A stretch of DNA of 64,000 bases from Syntrophomonadaceae bacterium (lineage in GTDB: Bacteria; Bacillota; Dethiobacteria; DTU022), in the NCBI GenBank assembly GCA_007119965.1, contig SKOR01000075.1:9471-73470 (forward strand), given 5' to 3'. Positions 56,684-64,000 of this stretch are shown in pieces. How positions within the stretch are numbered: the first letter of the stretch is position 1; each line of letters starts with the position of its first letter. The translations under genes and the position numbers were made by a program. The notes under the pieces were generated by a model. The model saw only the letters and a list, made by a program, of their open reading frames with translations, was not told the DNA's origin and made no database searches.

Positions 56684-57859
56684 TTGCAGCATAATAATTA
56701 CTTAATGATGCGGGGTATGCTAATGAGTACCGAAATGCAAACGTTTACCGAAAAATATGACCTGCTTGGTTGTATCCAATGCGGTCGCTGTACCGGCGGT
56801 TGCCCGGTTACTGTGCGGGCTGACCTGAATGTTCGGCAATTTGTTAATGATGCTTATGATGAAGATAAACTTGAGGAACTGGCCAAACTGGCTGAAATCT
56901 GGGATTGCACTGCCTGTCATACCTGCGCTGTCCGCTGTCCCAAGGGTCTGAAGCCACTTGAAGTATTAATCGGCCTCCGCACAATGATTGTCGAAAGCGG
57001 CAAAGTCGAACCGACAGTGCGCGATGCCCTGCAAAGTGTTCTTCTTGAGGGTAACCCCTGGGAGAAATCGCGGGCAACCCGTTCAGACTGGATGGAAGGC
57101 TTGGATGTCAGGATTGCCGATCCCGACGAGCCTGTGGAAAACCTCTTCTTTGTTTGCTGTACAATCGCCTACGACCCGCGCGTGCGTGCAGTGGCCCAGA
57201 ACATGGTCAAACTGCTGAACAAGGCCGGGGTCGATTATGCTTTCCTGCCCGAGGACGAATCCTGCTGCGGCAGTGAAGTCTTGACCCTCGGCGAAGAAGG
57301 ACTTTTTGAAATGCAGGTTGAAGACAACACGGAATACTTAAATGAGTTTAAGGCAGAGCGGATTGTTACGCTCTCGCCGCACTGTTTTACCACGTACAAA
57401 ACTCACTACCCTGACCTGAAAACGCCTGTTGTTCACTATACCCAGCTTTTAGTCGATCTTCTTAATGACGGCAAACTGTCCTGGAAAGGTGAGCTGCCAA
57501 AAAAAATTGTTTATCATGATCCCTGCTACCTCGGGAAACAGGGTGGCATTTATGATGAGCCGCGGGAACTCTTGAAGAGCATCCCCGGTGCGGAACTGGT
57601 TGAATTCGAGCGCCGCCGTGAACGCAGCCTTTGCTGTGAAGGCGGCGGAGGCAAGATGTGGGTGGAATCGGAATCAAAGAAAGAGCGGCTTTCAGATACG
57701 CGGATTAAAGATGCCAAAGAACTGGGCGCTGAAATCGTGGCCGTGGCCTGTCCGTTTTGTGTATTGACCCTTGAAGACTCCATGAAAGGTTTGGGCTACG
57801 AAGAAGAAATGCGCGTAGCCGAAATAATGGAGCTTCTCGGTGAATTAATGGAAACATAA
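56684..57859 (+). CDS. HdrD/GlpC-like iron-sulfur oxidoreductase (two 4Fe-4S ferredoxin motifs plus two CCG cysteine-rich domains); the true start may be a downstream Met
   Basis: CIQCGRCTGGCP and CTACHTCAVRCP ferredoxin motifs, then CCG domains (FVCC...CCGSE and DPCY...CCEGGG). Confidence 0.75.
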   Translation: MQHNNYLMMRGMLMSTEMQTFTEKYDLLGCIQCGRCTGGCPVTVRADLNVRQFVNDAYDEDKLEELAKLAEIWDCTACHTCAVRCPKGLKPLEVLIGLRTMIVESGKVEPTVRDALQSVLLEGNPWEKSRATRSDWMEGLDVRIADPDEPVENLFFVCCTIAYDPRVRAVAQNMVKLLNKAGVDYAFLPEDESCCGSEVLTLGEEGLFEMQVEDNTEYLNEFKAERIVTLSPHCFTTYKTHYPDLKTPVVHYTQLLVDLLNDGKLSWKGELPKKIVYHDPCYLGKQGGIYDEPRELLKSIPGAELVEFERRRERSLCCEGGGGKMWVESESKKERLSDTRIKDAKELGAEIVAVACPFCVLTLEDSMKGLGYEEEMRVAEIMELLGELMET

Positions 57860-57895
57860 ACAGGTATTTATTCTTTACAGGAGGTGGCATGAACA

Positions 57896-58684
57896 TTGAA
57901 AACTTTTGTTTGCATTAAGTATGTGCCCGATACTTCCGAAGCGGAAGTAAAGCTGAACCCCGATGGCCTTACGGTTGATGACAGCCGTTTTTCGTTTGAC
58001 ATTAACGATGCTGATAACTATGCCGTTGAAGAATCGGTCATTATCAAGGAAGCGCAGGGCGGCGAAGTAACCGTTCTTTCAATCGGGCCCAAAAAATCTG
58101 AAGTTATGATTCGCATGGCCATGGCCAAAGGCTGCGATAAAGCTGTCCGCATCGAGGATGACAGGATTGCTGCCCACGATCCCCTGATGGTGGCAAAAGT
58201 GCTTGCCGGCGGACTCAAGGACCAGGAATTTGACCTGGTGCTGACCGGCTGTATGGCCAATGATGATTGGCATATGTCCACAGGGGTGGCCCTGGCCGAA
58301 GAGTTGGGCGTTAACCACGCCTCGATGGTCAACAAGGTCGAAATCCTCGACGGCAAAGTCAAGGTTAACCGCGAACTTGAAGGCGGTCTGATGGAAGTAG
58401 TTGAGGTTGATCTGCCCGCCGTTTTAACGATCCAGACCGGTATCAACGAACCGCGTTATGCCCCGATTCGCGGGATCCGTCAGGCCCAGAAAAAAGAACT
58501 TAACGTTGTCAGCTTAGATGACATGGGTATAGACGCTGCTGCTGTCAACGCTGACGCTTCCCAGGTTGTTTTAGAGAAACTCTATATCCCGGAAGTTGAA
58601 TCCAGCGCTGAATTCATTGAGGGCGAGCCGGACGAAAAGGCTGAAAAACTGGCGTCCATCCTGCAAAAGGGAGGCTTAGTATAA
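57896..58684 (+). CDS. etfB: Electron transfer flavoprotein beta subunit (TTG start)
   Basis: (M)KTFVCIKYVPD N-terminus and ETF beta fold. RBS aggagg lies 11 nt upstream. Confidence 0.8.
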   Translation: MKTFVCIKYVPDTSEAEVKLNPDGLTVDDSRFSFDINDADNYAVEESVIIKEAQGGEVTVLSIGPKKSEVMIRMAMAKGCDKAVRIEDDRIAAHDPLMVAKVLAGGLKDQEFDLVLTGCMANDDWHMSTGVALAEELGVNHASMVNKVEILDGKVKVNRELEGGLMEVVEVDLPAVLTIQTGINEPRYAPIRGIRQAQKKELNVVSLDDMGIDAAAVNADASQVVLEKLYIPEVESSAEFIEGEPDEKAEKLASILQKGGLV

Positions 58685-59655
58685 TGGGAAACGTTTTAGT
58701 ATTGGCGGAACACCGCCAGGGAGCGCTAAGAGATGTTTCGTTTGAAATGTTAGCTGTAGCCCCCAAAATTGCTGAAGAGTTGGGTGGCGAAGCTGTTGTC
58801 TTACTGATGGGCAGCGGCATGGATGATATGGCTAAGAAAATGACCGGGTACGGCCTCAAGGTCATGGTTGTCGATGACCCTGCTTTCGAAAACTTCAATG
58901 CCGAAAAATACCAGATGGCCCTGTCGGCTCTACTTGATGACCTCAAACCCTCAGTTCTGATGGTCGGCCATACTGCCCAGGGGGTAGATTTCATGCCTGC
59001 CCTGGCCGTGGAGAAAAAATTGCCTCTCGTTGCCGACGTAGTGGAATTGGCCTTTGAAGACGGCACATTAAAAGCAACCCGCCAACTTTACTCGGGCAAA
59101 GTTAACGCTGTAGTGGCCTTTAAACCTGCAGATACCTTCCTGGTTACCTTCAGGGAAGGCGCAGTCGAAGCGCCCGAGGCATCGGCGGCTGGCGATGTGG
59201 AAAAGTTAGATTCACCGCTGAAAGAAGAAGTGCCTTACCGTAAGTTCGTAGAATATGTTGAAGCCGAAGTCGGCGATGTCGATATTACCCAGTCTGACAT
59301 TTTAGTCGCAATCGGCCGCGGACTTAAAGAAGATAAAAACCTGCCCATGGTCGAAGAACTGGCTACGGCAATTAAGGCTGACATTGCCGGTTCCAGGGCA
59401 GCGACAGATGCCGGCTGGATTCCCCATGACCGCCAGGTAGGGACCTCAGGTAAAGCAGTAAAACCGAAGCTTTACATCGCGATGGGTATATCGGGAGCTT
59501 TCCAGCACCTGGCCGGGATGAAAGGGGCCAAGACAATTGTGGCGATTAATAAAGACCCCGAAGCCCCGATTTTCACAGTGGCCGACTATGCCATTGTCGA
59601 TGATATGTTCAAAGTTTTGCCCAAGCTAACTGAAAAGCTCAAGGAGCTAAAATAA
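58684..59655 (+). CDS. etfA: Electron transfer flavoprotein alpha subunit
   Basis: ETF alpha FAD-binding C-domain ([19 protein letters not shown]). Confidence 0.85.
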   Translation: MGNVLVLAEHRQGALRDVSFEMLAVAPKIAEELGGEAVVLLMGSGMDDMAKKMTGYGLKVMVVDDPAFENFNAEKYQMALSALLDDLKPSVLMVGHTAQGVDFMPALAVEKKLPLVADVVELAFEDGTLKATRQLYSGKVNAVVAFKPADTFLVTFREGAVEAPEASAAGDVEKLDSPLKEEVPYRKFVEYVEAEVGDVDITQSDILVAIGRGLKEDKNLPMVEELATAIKADIAGSRAATDAGWIPHDRQVGTSGKAVKPKLYIAMGISGAFQHLAGMKGAKTIVAINKDPEAPIFTVADYAIVDDMFKVLPKLTEKLKELK

Positions 59656-59694
59656 GCGCCACGAGTAAGTGCCAGGGCCAATCTTTGCGGGAGG

Positions 59695-61707
59695 ATGAAA
59701 AACCAGATGACGGAAAAACCAAAAGTGGGCGTCTATATCTGTCACTGTGGAATCAACATTTCTTCGACAGTAGATGTGGATGCAGTTGCAGAATTTGCTC
59801 AAAAACTGCCTAATGTAAAAGTGGCGCGCACCTATTCCTATATGTGTTCCGATCCGGGACAGGTCCTGATCAAGAAAGATATAGAGGAGCAGGGGTTAAA
59901 CAGGATTGTTGTCGCTTCATGTTCACCCCGCATGCACGAACCGACTTTCAGGAAGGCGATTTCGGAAGCGGGCGTGAACCCCTATTTTCTTGAGATGGCC
60001 AATATAAGGGAGCAGTGCTCCTGGGTCCATGAAGATATAGAAGAGGGCACAGCCAAGGCAGAAAAACTGGTTAGCGCTTCTGTAGCCAAAGTCAGGCTGC
60101 TCGAAGCGCTTGAAACAAAAGAGGTTGATGCTGAGCCGGCAGCCCTGGTTATCGGGGCGGGTATAGCAGGCATTCAATCTGCTTTAGATATTGCCGATGC
60201 AGGCTTCAAGGTTTATCTTGTTGAAAAGACTCCTTCTGTGGGCGGCCGGATGGCCCAATTGGATAAAACCTTCCCCACGCTGGATTGTTCGGCCTGTATC
60301 CTGACCCCGAAAATGGTCGATGCCGCCAGCCACCCCAACATCGAGCTTTTAAGCTACTCTGAAGTTGAGGAAATCAAGGGCTTTGTCGGCAATTTTGATG
60401 TCCGGGTGCGTAAAAAAGCGCGCTATGTCGATTTTGATAAATGCACCGGGTGCGGTGACTGCGCAACGGAGTGCCGCGTTAAAGACCGGTTCCCGAGCGA
60501 GTTTGACCAGGGCATGGGCAAGCGTTCAGCGATATACCTGCCCTTTCCCCAGGCAGTCCCGGCCAAGTATACCATTGACCCTGAAAACTGCCTCTACCTG
60601 AGCAGGGGCAAGTGCGGTAAGAGCCCGAAATGCCAGGATGTCTGTGGTGCGGGGGCGATCAGTTTCGACCAGGAAGATGAATTTGTTGAGTTCAAAGTCG
60701 GCGCTGTCATCGTGGCGACCGGTTTTGATCCATTTGATGCTTCACGCAAGCCCGAGTACGGCTATGATGATTATCCCAACGTGATTACGGGTATGGAGAT
60801 GGAACGCCTGGTCTCCGCATCGGGCCCGACCGGCGGTAAAGTTAAGATCTTTAACGGGGAAGAAGAAATTGAACCGAAAGAGGTCGCCTTGATCAAGTGC
60901 GTCGGTTCGCGGGATACAAGCGTCGGCAACGAATACTGTTCAAGGGTTTGCTGCATGTATGTGGCGAAGCAGGCTCACCTGATCAGGGATAAACTGCCCG
61001 ATGCCAATATCAGGATCTACTACATGGACGTCAGAGCCTTCGGTAAAGGCTTCGAAGAGTTTTACGATCGGGTTCGCCGCGAAAATGTCCGCTATATCCG
61101 CGGTAACCCTTCTGAAATATTTAAGCGGGGCAACAAGCTCGTGGTCAAGGTGGAAGATACCCTGACATCGACACCGCTTGAAGACGAAGTGGATATGGTT
61201 GTATTGGGGGTCGGCCTGGAGCCGCGCGCCGATATGCGCGGGGTGATGGACCTGCTCAGGCTCTCCCAGTCGCCCGACGGCTTTTTCTTAGAAGCACACC
61301 CGAAACTGCGTCCGGTCGATACAGCAACAGACGGGGTATTCTTGGCAGGCTGCGCCCAGGGGCCGAAAGATATCCCCGACACAGTGGCCCAGGCCAAGGG
61401 GGCTGCCGCTTCGGCAATGATCCCGCTGGCCAGGGGCAAAGTGACAATCAATGCCCAGGTTGCCACCGTGAATGAAGCAACCTGCCGGGGTTGTAGTTTC
61501 TGTGTCAGTATCTGTCCCTACACGGCTATTGAAATGGTCACCGTCAATCGATTCGGTAACGAAGTAGAGGTGGCCAGGGTCAACGAGGCCCTCTGTAAGG
61601 GCTGCGGTTCATGTTCGGCTGCCTGCTTGTCCGATTCAATCCAGCCGAAATCGTTCCGCGACAGCCAGATCTTACCGCAGATTGCAGCATTGGGGGTCTT
61701 AAAATGA
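59695..61707 (+). CDS. hdrA: Heterodisulfide reductase subunit A-like FAD/FeS flavoprotein
   Basis: N-terminal Cys-rich domain (VYICHCGINI). FAD-binding Rossmann motif (ALVIGAGIAGIQSA). Two C-terminal 4Fe-4S ferredoxin motifs (CRGCSFCVSICP, CKGCGSCSAAC) and an inserted ferredoxin domain (CTGCGDCATEC). Confidence 0.85.
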   Translation: MKNQMTEKPKVGVYICHCGINISSTVDVDAVAEFAQKLPNVKVARTYSYMCSDPGQVLIKKDIEEQGLNRIVVASCSPRMHEPTFRKAISEAGVNPYFLEMANIREQCSWVHEDIEEGTAKAEKLVSASVAKVRLLEALETKEVDAEPAALVIGAGIAGIQSALDIADAGFKVYLVEKTPSVGGRMAQLDKTFPTLDCSACILTPKMVDAASHPNIELLSYSEVEEIKGFVGNFDVRVRKKARYVDFDKCTGCGDCATECRVKDRFPSEFDQGMGKRSAIYLPFPQAVPAKYTIDPENCLYLSRGKCGKSPKCQDVCGAGAISFDQEDEFVEFKVGAVIVATGFDPFDASRKPEYGYDDYPNVITGMEMERLVSASGPTGGKVKIFNGEEEIEPKEVALIKCVGSRDTSVGNEYCSRVCCMYVAKQAHLIRDKLPDANIRIYYMDVRAFGKGFEEFYDRVRRENVRYIRGNPSEIFKRGNKLVVKVEDTLTSTPLEDEVDMVVLGVGLEPRADMRGVMDLLRLSQSPDGFFLEAHPKLRPVDTATDGVFLAGCAQGPKDIPDTVAQAKGAAASAMIPLARGKVTINAQVATVNEATCRGCSFCVSICPYTAIEMVTVNRFGNEVEVARVNEALCKGCGSCSAACLSDSIQPKSFRDSQILPQIAALGVLK

Positions 61708-62135
61708 GTGCAAACTTCGAACCTAACGTGGTAGCGTTCCTTTGTAACTGGTGCTCATACGCTGGCGCCGACCTGGCAGGAACCAGCCGGGTTAACTACC
61801 CTTCCAATATCCAGATTATCAGGGTAATGTGTTCCGGGCGGGTTAACCCCCTTTATGTTATGAACGCCCTCCAGCAGGGCGCCGACGGGGTTCTTGTTTC
61901 CGGCTGCCATCCTGGTGACTGCCACTACATGGAAGGCAACTTCTATGCCCGGAGACGCCTGGGTATGCTGAAGGACCTGATGGAGTTTGTCGGGGTCGAT
62001 CCGAAGCGGTTCCATATGAGCTGGGTTTCGGCCTCTGAAGGGCATAAGTGGAAAGAAGTAGTAGAAAAAACCGTTGAAGACGCTAAAGAAGCCGGCCCTT
62101 TCGAAGGTTTCAGGCGTCGGCAGATCGACTGGTAG
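61704..62135 (+). CDS. mvhD: MvhD/FlpD-like [2Fe-2S] subunit
   Basis: CNWCSYAG ... CSGRVNP ... SGCHPGDCHY conserved MvhD cysteine pattern. Start overlaps the hdrA stop by 4 nt. Confidence 0.85.
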   Translation: MSANFEPNVVAFLCNWCSYAGADLAGTSRVNYPSNIQIIRVMCSGRVNPLYVMNALQQGADGVLVSGCHPGDCHYMEGNFYARRRLGMLKDLMEFVGVDPKRFHMSWVSASEGHKWKEVVEKTVEDAKEAGPFEGFRRRQIDW

Positions 62136-62144
62136 GAGGGGTAA

Positions 62145-63131
62145 ATGAAGATGGATCTGGAACAATTACGCAAAACCGCGGCAGAGGTCGCAGCCCGTGA
62201 AGAAGTTAAGTACCTGGTCGGTTGGAAGCAGGGTACTTACGGCTACCGGGTCGCGCCCGCTTTTGTAGAGGACGCCGCCGGCGCTGCAGAGCTGATCTTT
62301 TCACCCCTCTGCACCGCCAACCTGGCCACCTACCTGACACTGGCAGAACAGCTGCCGGTTCCGCGTGGCGGGGAACCCGACGACCGGAAGGTCGCCCTGA
62401 TGGTTAAAGGATGCGACAGCAGGGCTGTGACCCAACTCCTGGTAGAAAAAGGGATTGAGCGCGATGAAGTCGTCGTGATCGGCTGTCCCTGCCCGGGAGT
62501 TGTTGATGCCGCGCTACTCGCTGAAAAATATCCGGAAACTGAAGAACCGGCGGAGATGAAGTGGGATGGAGAAAACTTCCTGCTCATCCGCGGCGGGGAG
62601 GAAACTAAAATCGCCAGAAATGAAATCCTGGCTGAAAAATGCCGTCTCTGTCGTTACCCCAACCCGGTCGTCAGCGATATCATGCTTGGCGAAGAAGTTG
62701 AAACATGGGATCTTGCGGAAGATGAAGGCGTGCAGGAGCTTGAGAACAGAGATGTCGATGGGCGCGCGGAATACTGGGCAGAGCAGTTTGATAAGTGCGT
62801 GCGCTGTTACAGCTGTCGCAATGTATGCCCGCTCTGCTACTGCCAGGACTGCATTCTCGATCGCCTGAACCCGACCTGGGTAAACCGCTCGGTAAACTTT
62901 TCCGAGAATACAGCTTTCAATATTGCCCGGGCCTTTCACCTGGCCGGCCGCTGTATCGAGTGCGGTGAGTGCGAGCGAGTCTGCCCGGCTAATATTCCCC
63001 TGGGTAAGTTAAATCGCAAACTGGCCCGGGAAGTAAGGGACAAATACGATTTCGAGCCGGGAGTCGATCCCGACGCCGAACCGTTCCAGGCCAGCTTTAA
63101 GCCTGATGATCCCGAGGACTTCATACTGTAG
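62145..63131 (+). CDS. AsrA/HydB-like iron-sulfur protein, paralog 1 (4Fe-4S dicluster)
   Basis: N-terminal KGCDSRAV motif, then CVRCYSCRNVCPLCYC and CIECGECERVCP. Confidence 0.55.
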   Translation: MKMDLEQLRKTAAEVAAREEVKYLVGWKQGTYGYRVAPAFVEDAAGAAELIFSPLCTANLATYLTLAEQLPVPRGGEPDDRKVALMVKGCDSRAVTQLLVEKGIERDEVVVIGCPCPGVVDAALLAEKYPETEEPAEMKWDGENFLLIRGGEETKIARNEILAEKCRLCRYPNPVVSDIMLGEEVETWDLAEDEGVQELENRDVDGRAEYWAEQFDKCVRCYSCRNVCPLCYCQDCILDRLNPTWVNRSVNFSENTAFNIARAFHLAGRCIECGECERVCPANIPLGKLNRKLAREVRDKYDFEPGVDPDAEPFQASFKPDDPEDFIL

Positions 63132-63142
63132 AGGTGGGTGAT

Positions 63143-64000
63143 ATGTCAGCGATGCTGTTGAAAAAAGAAAAGTGGCCTGAATTTGTCGAAAAGTTGGCCG
63201 GTAAAAATATCTGGGCTCCCCAGGCAGAAGGCGATGCGATGCGCTTTGCCCCGGTAGCCGAAGGTGAAGCGCCTGCCCTCGATTATAATAATACCCGTGT
63301 GCCGCCCAAAGGGGCGCTCTTCCCCCAGACTGAAACAATGTTTAAATTCCAGCCGGAGGGGGCGCAGGTAGACGAACCGCAGCTTGAGCAGGAAACGGTA
63401 GTCCTCGGTTTAAGGCCCTGTGATGCACGGGCCATGGCTATCGTGGAAAAACTGTTTAAATGGGATATTGACGATCCCTACTATACCAGGCGGCGTGAAT
63501 TGACCACCCTGGTTGGTTTGGCCTGCAATGAACCCGGCATGAACTGTTTTTGTCCTTCAGTCGGCGGAGGCCCTGCTTCAACCGAGGGGCTCGATCTTCT
63601 GATGGCCGATCTCGGTGAAAACTACCTCCTTGAGGCGGTGACTAAAAAAGGCGAAGCCCTGCTGACCGAAACGAAAGACCTTCTCGACGAGGCTGGGGTC
63701 GATGCCGTGAAGGAAAAAGAAAAGCTGGTCGGTGAAGCAGAGCAAAAAATCAAGCGGACAGTCGATACAGAAGGCGTGCCCGAAGGGCTGCCCGGGCTGT
63801 GGGAAGACCCTCTCTGGCAAAAAGTTTCAGCTTCATGCCTGGGTTGCGGTACCTGCACCTATCTCTGCCCGACCTGCCACTGTTTTGATATCCAGGATGA
63901 AACCGAAGGCCTTGCTGCCAGGCGCTGCCGCATGTGGGACTCCTGCATGTTTGATGAATATACCATGCACACTTCGGGGCACAACCCCCGTCCAACCCGC
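63143..64000 (+). CDS. AsrA/HydB-like iron-sulfur protein, paralog 2 (anaerobic sulfite reductase subunit A / sulfhydrogenase beta-like); 3' end lies outside the window
   Basis: I translated this from the sequence; it is open to the window edge. It has the LRPCDARAM motif, MNCFC, and CLGCGTCTYLCPTCHCFD. ATG at 63143 with RBS gaggtgg. Confidence 0.55.
   Translation, partial: MSAMLLKKEKWPEFVEKLAGKNIWAPQAEGDAMRFAPVAEGEAPALDYNNTRVPPKGALFPQTETMFKFQPEGAQVDEPQLEQETVVLGLRPCDARAMAIVEKLFKWDIDDPYYTRRRELTTLVGLACNEPGMNCFCPSVGGGPASTEGLDLLMADLGENYLLEAVTKKGEALLTETKDLLDEAGVDAVKEKEKLVGEAEQKIKRTVDTEGVPEGLPGLWEDPLWQKVSASCLGCGTCTYLCPTCHCFDIQDETEGLAARRCRMWDSCMFDEYTMHTSGHNPRPTR

Noticed and set aside
1-64000. Searched for CRISPR arrays, transposases or IS inverted repeats, integrases, restriction-modification, toxin-antitoxin or other defense islands
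   Set aside because: None found. Apart from one AT-rich stretch, gene content and composition look like core housekeeping chromosome. The only nuclease/ATPase pair is best explained as YhaO/YhaN-type DNA repair.

Overview
The window looks like a stretch of core chromosome from a Gram-positive anaerobe. A Clostridia / Peptococcaceae-type organism (Desulfotomaculum-, Pelotomaculum- or Moorella-like) is my guess from the gene content, moderate-to-high GC and frequent TTG starts; this is inference only. I call about 55 protein-coding genes and see no rRNA, tRNA, CRISPR array, transposase or prophage. In window order: the leuS 3' end, an Asp23/Gls24 stress protein, comEA, ahcY, pdp-deoC, a UPF0182 membrane protein, an apparent RNase HI::phosphofructokinase fusion ORF, a four-gene ECF transporter operon (S-A1-A2-T, minus strand), a secreted GLUG-motif protein, a sodium:solute symporter, comEC, an ECF sigma/anti-sigma pair, ilvC, a lipid-related trio in AT-rich DNA (CTP-transferase-family membrane protein, OpuAC-like lipoprotein, PAP2 phosphatase), rubrerythrin, a fumarylacetoacetate-hydrolase-family protein, trkA-trkH behind a promoter / structured leader / terminator, holA, rpsT, nnr, an acyl-CoA dehydrogenase, hom, alr, a geranylgeranyl-reductase-family flavoprotein, gatCAB, purA, a YhaO/YhaN-like (SbcCD-like) nuclease/ATPase pair, an MBL hydrolase, a flavin reductase, a selenocysteine locus selA-selB-selD, and a redox gene cluster HdrD-like / EtfB / EtfA / HdrA / MvhD / two tandem AsrA(HydB)-like FeS proteins that runs off the window end. 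The most notable point is that selD is itself a selenoprotein: an in-frame TGA at 55280..55282 sits at the conserved catalytic Cys position with a small GC hairpin just downstream. The six-frame track breaks this gene at the TGA and shows only its C-terminal 256 aa as a separate ORF. The other points I rank highest are the Etf-Hdr-MvhD-AsrA-like cluster (a putative large flavin-based electron-transfer or bifurcating complex), the in-frame RNase H / PFK fusion, and a riboswitch-like leader in front of trkAH. Several near-perfect palindromes in intergenic regions are also listed.
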